NCBI GenBank assembly: GCA_964188305.1
Contig: OZ076895.1
DNA from: Podarcis bocagei
Lineage: Eukaryota
DNA length: 64,000 nt
Reading direction: 5' to 3' (one strand)
Part shown: in pieces, positions 58,373-64,000 of the stretch
How the letters are laid out: every line of letters starts with the position of its first letter
Position numbering within the stretch: position 1 is the first letter of the stretch
Position numbers and translations under genes: made by a program
The notes under the pieces: generated by a model
The model's database searches: none
What the model was told of the DNA's origin: nothing
What the model saw: the letters and a program-made list of their open reading frames with translations, nothing else

Positions 58373-59843
58373 GCATCACATACACTGAGACCTGTAGCAA
58401 TTTGCTACATAGTCTGTCTATGAATTCTAGGAATGGCTATAGGATGCTTCCTGTGGCAAAAGAGCATATTCTATTTACTATCACACCCCTAAAATGAATT
58501 GAAATTGTTGGTTTTTTGTTTGTTAAGAAGCAATTGAGCCTTAAGAATTTTTGCAACAAAAAAATTCAACACAGGTCATAATGAATAGGCCACATGTTGC
58601 CAAGACATTGCCTCCAAAATGTAACGTGTTAACACACGCACTGAAGAAGAAAATCACTGCCACATGATGAGTATACATGTGTTAATTTGAGATGATGATT
58701 CTTTTATTTACAATACATGAATGGAGAAGTTCAGCCTACAAATGTGGTTGAAGGGAATCTTAGGAATTTCCTGATCATCTGTTCTGCAGAGGGTAACTGG
58801 AAAAGGCAGCTATGGCAAGGAACTAGAGAAAACCACTACTCAACACTTTCACATTCCTAAATAGCACTATAGTAAAGAGGTACCTGATTGCCAGACAGGT
58901 AATCATATCCAATTAGTACAGGAGAGGGGGGAGGGGTTCATTCGGCATCCTTTGGTTAGCAGAATAAGGAGGGGGAAAGTTTGAATATGTCTACTATGGT
59001 GGAGCTTGGATATTTTAAAAAGTTTTAAAAAGGTCATATATTTTTTTACTTTTGATTTATACACATCTCAGCAGCCCAAACAAGCTGCAGCAATCGCTTG
59101 AAGGACATGAGAGCTTCCACTCCATAGAGCCAGCAAACACCAACAGAGTAATATTTAAATTTTGTTTCCATCTCACACACACAGCACCAAACACTGATAA
59201 GACATATCTTATTTCTTTCCTCTTGGGTAGAAATCATACCTGGCTGGATTAAAAATAAACTTTCCACAGGTAGCTATTATCTGGCAAGTTTACATGACTT
59301 ACTGGCTTTCAGGTCACCATTCACTCTACAGCCAAAACCAGGCAAACAACTGGGAGGGACAGCACAATGCTGCTTCGGTTGAACTACGTGACTTCATTTC
59401 TTTGAAGACCTTGTGCTTGGCTTTTTATCAGTGGTCAAGGTCAATTTAAGGCTAAGCGTCTTTCACTCTTGAATTTGTGCAAACACAACAGGGAAAAGAT
59501 GTCCAAAGCAGGTGCTTATATTTTGACTTTGCAAGTGGTGCCAGTTCAGCTTACAACTGCTGAACATTTCTCCTTTTTATTCATCAGAATGATAAAAGGG
59601 TCTCTTTGATAACTAAACAGATATAAAAAACAGGATGCATTAAAAGGGCAAAGGGAGAGGGAAAACACAAAAGTTGCAGAGATCAGATACACATGAGGGA
59701 TCAAAGAATATGTCTTCCCACCAAACTCTTATAATTTCATCCCTGCATGGGAGACTATTGCTTTACCCACCCAACATTAAATAGCTTTAAGAATTTCATT
59801 AAATATATATGAGGGGGTAGAAAAGGTATAAAGCAAAGAGGTA

Positions 59844-60069
59844 CAGTGGTACCTTGGGTTACAGACGCTTCAGGTTACAGACTCCGATAACCCAGAAATA
59901 GTACCTCAGGTTAAGAACTTTGCTTCAGGATGAGAACAGAAATCGCGCAGCAGTGGCACGGCGGCAGCGAGAGGCCCCATTAGCTAAAGTGGTAGCTCAG
60001 GTTAAGAACAGTTTCAGGTTAAGAATGGACCTCTAGAAAGAAAGAAGTTCTTAACCCGAGGTACCACTG
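59844..60069 (-). mobile_element. Tc1/mariner MITE family C, inverted copy in the BCL2L13 3' UTR
   Basis: Reverse-complement similarity to 39373-39587; TA TSD. Confidence 0.88.
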
Positions 60070-60567
60070 TATTGAAGTAGCACTAACCCACTGGGGTTTA
60101 AAAGAGATCTGGGAGGTCAAGAGGAGCTGTGCAATACCTGAGGAAGCCGAGACAAAAGAGCTACCAACCTCATGCTACACTGAGCCTCTCATTCAAGAGG
60201 TTAAAGGGGAACCAGGAAGCTGCAAGAGCAGCTTATGGAAGGGAAATCTCCAGGGATAACAACAAACTTTCCTTTTCCCCTGGAATGTTCTGTGCCGGTT
60301 TCCAGTGTATAAGCATCCCCATTTCTCAGTTATACATACATATTAAATGTGCAGGGGTTTTCAAAATGACACCCCTATATGTTAAACAGGAAGATCCGAT
60401 ACCAGTCCACTAAAAACATGATTGTCCCCAGGCTTAGCTTTATAGTGTACCCTTGGCCCATCACCCTTTTTGCTACATGAATTTCCCATTAACAGCAGGC
60501 ACCACAACCCTCAGCCAATGCAACTAAGTGTAGATTCAGGCGCTACCTCCTTGAGGAGAGGCATTCA

Positions 60568-61368
60568 CTACTTCTTCCTCAATGCTAGTGCTACACCTAC
60601 TGCCACAGCTAGGATGGCCACTGCAGCTGCCCCACCATATAGTAGAATTGATTTGCCTTCTGGTAAGAGGATGGGTTTCTCCTCTCCAGCAGGAGTCTTC
60701 TCTTCCTTTTCTTCAGAATAGCTTCCCTTTCTGGTCTTTATTTCTTCTTCTGGAGGCAGAATTCTTTCAGGTTTGGGGGTAGCTTTTTCTTCTGACTGGA
60801 CAAGTTTACTCAAGGCTGGAGCTTCAGGTTCTGGCAGCAGCACCTCTTTCCCCTCTTTCTGATGTTCTGTATGTGAAGGTGCAGAGGGGCCTGGCTTTTT
60901 AAGAGACACAATTTCAGCTTCTGGCTCCAGCAATGCAGTTGGAGGTTCTGGGGAAGCAGACTTTGCAGGGTCAGCCTGCAGGACCACTTCTGACACCACT
61001 GTTTCCTCCACCCCCTCTGGTATCTCCTCCTTTTCAACATGAACAATATCAGAGTTTGAAGAGTTATTTTCACTCCTTTCTTCCCCACCTCCATTGCTGT
61101 CCAAACTCTTCACTTCTTCAGGATCCATAGCCACTTGCTGCCAAGACTCAGGCCCCAACGAGACAGGTAAGCTCTCAGTATGCCAACTCTGACTAGCCGA
61201 CAAAGAAACTGGCAAGCTCTCCGACTGCCAAGATGTTGTCACTGTGGGTGACTCAGGAGGGCTCACCTGGCCTGAGTTGTCACTAGTTAGGATGTAGATG
61301 TCATTGCTATCTTCGGCAATTATTCCGTGGTACTCCTCTTCTTCAGAATCCAAACTAAAAACAGTACC
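60568..61368 (-). CDS. BCL2L13: BCL2L13 (Bcl-rambo) last coding exon: BHNo repeats, LIR motif WQQV, C-terminal transmembrane anchor
   Basis: Minus-strand acceptor tttttcttctag|GGT ACT GTT. Reads GTVFSLDSEEEEY...SWQSESLPVSLSASQSWHTESLPVSLGPESWQQVAMDPEEVKSLDSNG...ILLYGGAAAVAILAVAVGVALALRKK*. 801 nt. Upstream exons lie outside the window. Confidence 0.97.
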   Translation of the reverse strand, partial: GTVFSLDSEEEEYHGIIAEDSNDIYILTSDNSGQVSPPESPTVTTSWQSESLPVSLSASQSWHTESLPVSLGPESWQQVAMDPEEVKSLDSNGGGEERSENNSSNSDIVHVEKEEIPEGVEETVVSEVVLQADPAKSASPEPPTALLEPEAEIVSLKKPGPSAPSHTEHQKEGKEVLLPEPEAPALSKLVQSEEKATPKPERILPPEEEIKTRKGSYSEEKEEKTPAGEEKPILLPEGKSILLYGGAAAVAILAVAVGVALALRKK

Positions 61369-61493
61369 CTAGAAGAAAAATGCACATAATCAATGAAGTT
61401 AGCAGCACTTAATTTTACATGATACAACCATATTACAGAAGAATGGTAGCCTTAATTCAGAACGACCCAGAGAAAGTATAATTGCTACATATA

Positions 61494-61904
61494 CCGTATT
61501 TTTCGCCCTATAGGATGCACTTTTTCCCCTCCAAAAATTAAGGGGAAATCTGTGTGCGTCCTATGGGGCGAATGCAGGCTTTCGCTGAAGCTTGGAGAGC
61601 GAGAGGGGTCGGTGCGCACCGACCCCTCTTGCTCTCCAGGCTTCAGGAAGCTATCAGCAAGCCTGGGGAGCCCGTGGGAGTTCCCGCAGGGCTCCCTAGG
61701 CTGCGGATAGCAGCCTGCTGCGCGGGGCGGCTGTAGCTGAGCGCCCCGCGCTTCGGGCAGACAGCGGATAGCAGGCTGCCCAGAGCGCGGGGCGCACTGA
61801 AGCCGCGGCTGGGGGGGGGAAATATTTTTTTCCCTTTATCCCCCCCAAAAAAGAACCTAGGTTCGTCCTATGGGCTGGTGCGTCCTATAGGACGAAAAAT
61901 ACAG
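61494..61904. mobile_element. Related Tc2/Tigger-like non-autonomous element in a BCL2L13 intron
   Basis: TIRs CCGTATTTTTCGCCCTATAGGATGCAC / GTGCGTCCTATAGGACGAAAAATACAG; TA flanks. Confidence 0.85.
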
Positions 61905-63472
61905 TAGTTGAACAGCCAATGGATACAACGGGTTTCCACCAAAGTGCAGATGCATGCAATTATGGGGGGGGGGGAGAGGCAACAAAACTTTAATACTTAA
62001 AGAGGTTTGCATATTGTAAAAACTAAGTATTGAACAGTAATTGTCTTCTGTCTGGTTTGAGACAAAAGTATTGTACTTGGATATGGGAAAGAGACCTGGA
62101 TTCAGTTCTCTACTATTATGAAATTCTATGTGTGTGCATGCACACAAAAGTCAGGATCACTCACCCTAACCTATTTCACAGGACTGTTATGAGCATAACA
62201 CATGAATCTGATGTACATTATTTCACAATACACATGCAGCCAATCAGAAGCTGTGCCTTGGTTCCCGAACATTTTGGAAGTTGAACGGACTTCTAGGACG
62301 GATTCCGTTTGACTTCCAAGGTACAACTGTAGTTCTGTAGCAATCTCTCACATACTCTATGGTGAATGCTGATTCTATTAGGAAAGTGCCTCAACTGAAA
62401 TTGTACTGCATAGGAGTTACTTTTTTATTTCTAGAAATCTATTCAAGAGTCACCCATAGACATAACAGAATTTCTTCATAACTTATAAAAATTCAAAGCC
62501 TATTTGAATTAATTGAACTTTTTAAAAAAATAATAATAATCTGGTATCTGTATAGAGAGATGATGTTAATATACAAAGAATATTGGAGCATTGCTAACCA
62601 GAACCACTCAGGCATCCTTCAAGCAAAGCTCTCAGAGCTTCTGTTGATGGCTGCCTTTCACAACTATCCATCTGTGCTAATGGAATGTGGCACATGCAGA
62701 AAGCTGCATCGGGGCTGGACTGCCACCACACAGAAAGTAATTACTCAGTAAATCCCCATCCACCCTCTTTCCGTGCTGATCAAGCTGTCTCATGAGCTCA
62801 GGAGCTTTATGGTGAAGAGTACATGTTATTCTGCTATGAATTGTTCCCACTCCTCTGCCCTCTTCATAGCTCCAGGCTAGCTTGCACTATTCACCCTTGC
62901 TTCAGCACCAGAGTCATGTAAAACAAAAATCAGAACACAGAGCACTATACTGCAGACAGGCCCTCCCATCAGATGTTTGTGATATTCTAATCAACAATGA
63001 ACCTGCATCAGAAAACCAAAGGAATATTGAGAAGAGGTCTGCACAGGTAGCATCAAAGATATATTAGTAGGTTTTTTTAAAAAAATAAAAACAAGTAGAG
63101 TATGTTTTAAAATAAATCAATACTAAGAAAGAATAAAAAATGTGTTAGGCACCAGAGGCCTAACTTCTGAAATATTACTTCTAGAGAGTTGAGTTCAATT
63201 AATATCACTCCCAGTGTCATTTCGCTTATATTGTTTCATACAACTTAACCTTATTGGCCCTGTATTTTACTTAATTGAGGACACAAAACTTGCCCAGGGA
63301 AGATCATTCTACAAATACTAAGTTTCTGCAAAACAATTTTGCTAATTTTTGAAGACAGACACTCTGATGCAATTATCTAGGCGGTTTCATTAAATAATCT
63401 AGTATCTGACTTGAAAGATTATGCCCCAAGATGAATAACATTAAGCTGTGTATACTACAAATGAGAACATTG

Positions 63473-63586
63473 TAAGTTGCCTTATAACAAGTCAGATCAT
63501 TGGGTCCATCTTTCTTAGTACTGTTGACACTGACTCGCTTTTACACGCAGAACATGTGCTCTACCACTGAGCTACAGCCCTTCCCC
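63473..63586 (-). mobile_element. Internally deleted tRNA-derived SINE
   Basis: On -: GGGGAAGGGCTGTAGCTCAGTGGTAGAGCAC A-box head. Confidence 0.55.
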
Positions 63587-64000
63587 AACAATGAGTGTGG
63601 AATTCTCAGTTACATGTAGCCAGCAATACTACTCAAATAGATTTCTTAGCTTCATAAAGGAAAGTTGTTGTTACCTCCATTTCAGCACAAACTGCACCAC
63701 AGGCTACAGAATCCTTTTATCTGTACCACATGATCCACAGAACAGGCTATTTTATGCCACTTGAGGTGTTATACTTAATCTTCGTACATCAACAGTGCTG
63801 TTCTTATCTGAAGGTCACACAAAGGTCTTCAGAGTGCAATTTAACAGCTTTCAAATGTGCCAGGAATTAGCAGTTAAAAAAAGAAATAATGGAAAAGATA
63901 GAGCCATGGAATATTAAGTAGCAATGAAGGAAAAGACATCTTAGACAATCTCAAATTTGAGAGTGCAGGCTCCTGAAGAGGTTGGCTTTCCAGGCTTGGG

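Larger units (their letters stand above)
54730..60567 (-). other. BCL2L13: BCL2L13 3' UTR (extent uncertain)
   Basis: Minus-strand AATAAA (TTTATT on +) at 58703-58708, 54754-54759, 54175-54180 and 53727-53732. Confidence 0.45.

Noticed and set aside
62740-62780. GGW-like codons on - as a possible upstream BCL2L13 exon
   Set aside because: No GT donor follows and the flanking peptide does not match BCL2L13.

Overview
Vertebrate genomic DNA from a squamate reptile, probably a lacertid lizard (inferred from the Sauria/Squam-type SINEs). The window carries the conserved MICAL3-BID-BCL2L13 block, in the same order and orientation as human 22q11.21. (1) The 3' part of MICAL3 (+): seven constitutive coding exons encoding the C-terminal coiled-coil/bMERB Rab-binding region (ending ...LNWS*) and a ~3.9 kb 3' UTR. 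(2) A complete BID gene (+): CpG-island exon 1, five coding exons, ~186 aa, with the LQTD/G caspase-8 site and a BH3 motif. (3) The last coding exon and 3' UTR of BCL2L13 (-), convergent with BID. Introns hold many SINEs, MITEs and LINE fragments. The most notable unexplained structure is a set of short frame-preserving cassette exons in two MICAL3 introns (51/54/51 nt in phase 0; 51/66 nt in phase 1, inside the bMERB domain), flanked by RBFOX/QKI/G-rich/long-pyrimidine elements. A Kolobok/T2-like MITE in the same region appears to supply an alternative terminal exon. BID shows a splice-created in-frame uORF, a tandem 5' splice site and an intronic poly(A) option. There are also hammerhead-ribozyme remnants from Penelope-like elements and CR1-tailed SINEs with two different tRNA heads. 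All calls were read by eye with no database search; almost all ORF-track entries are non-coding noise.
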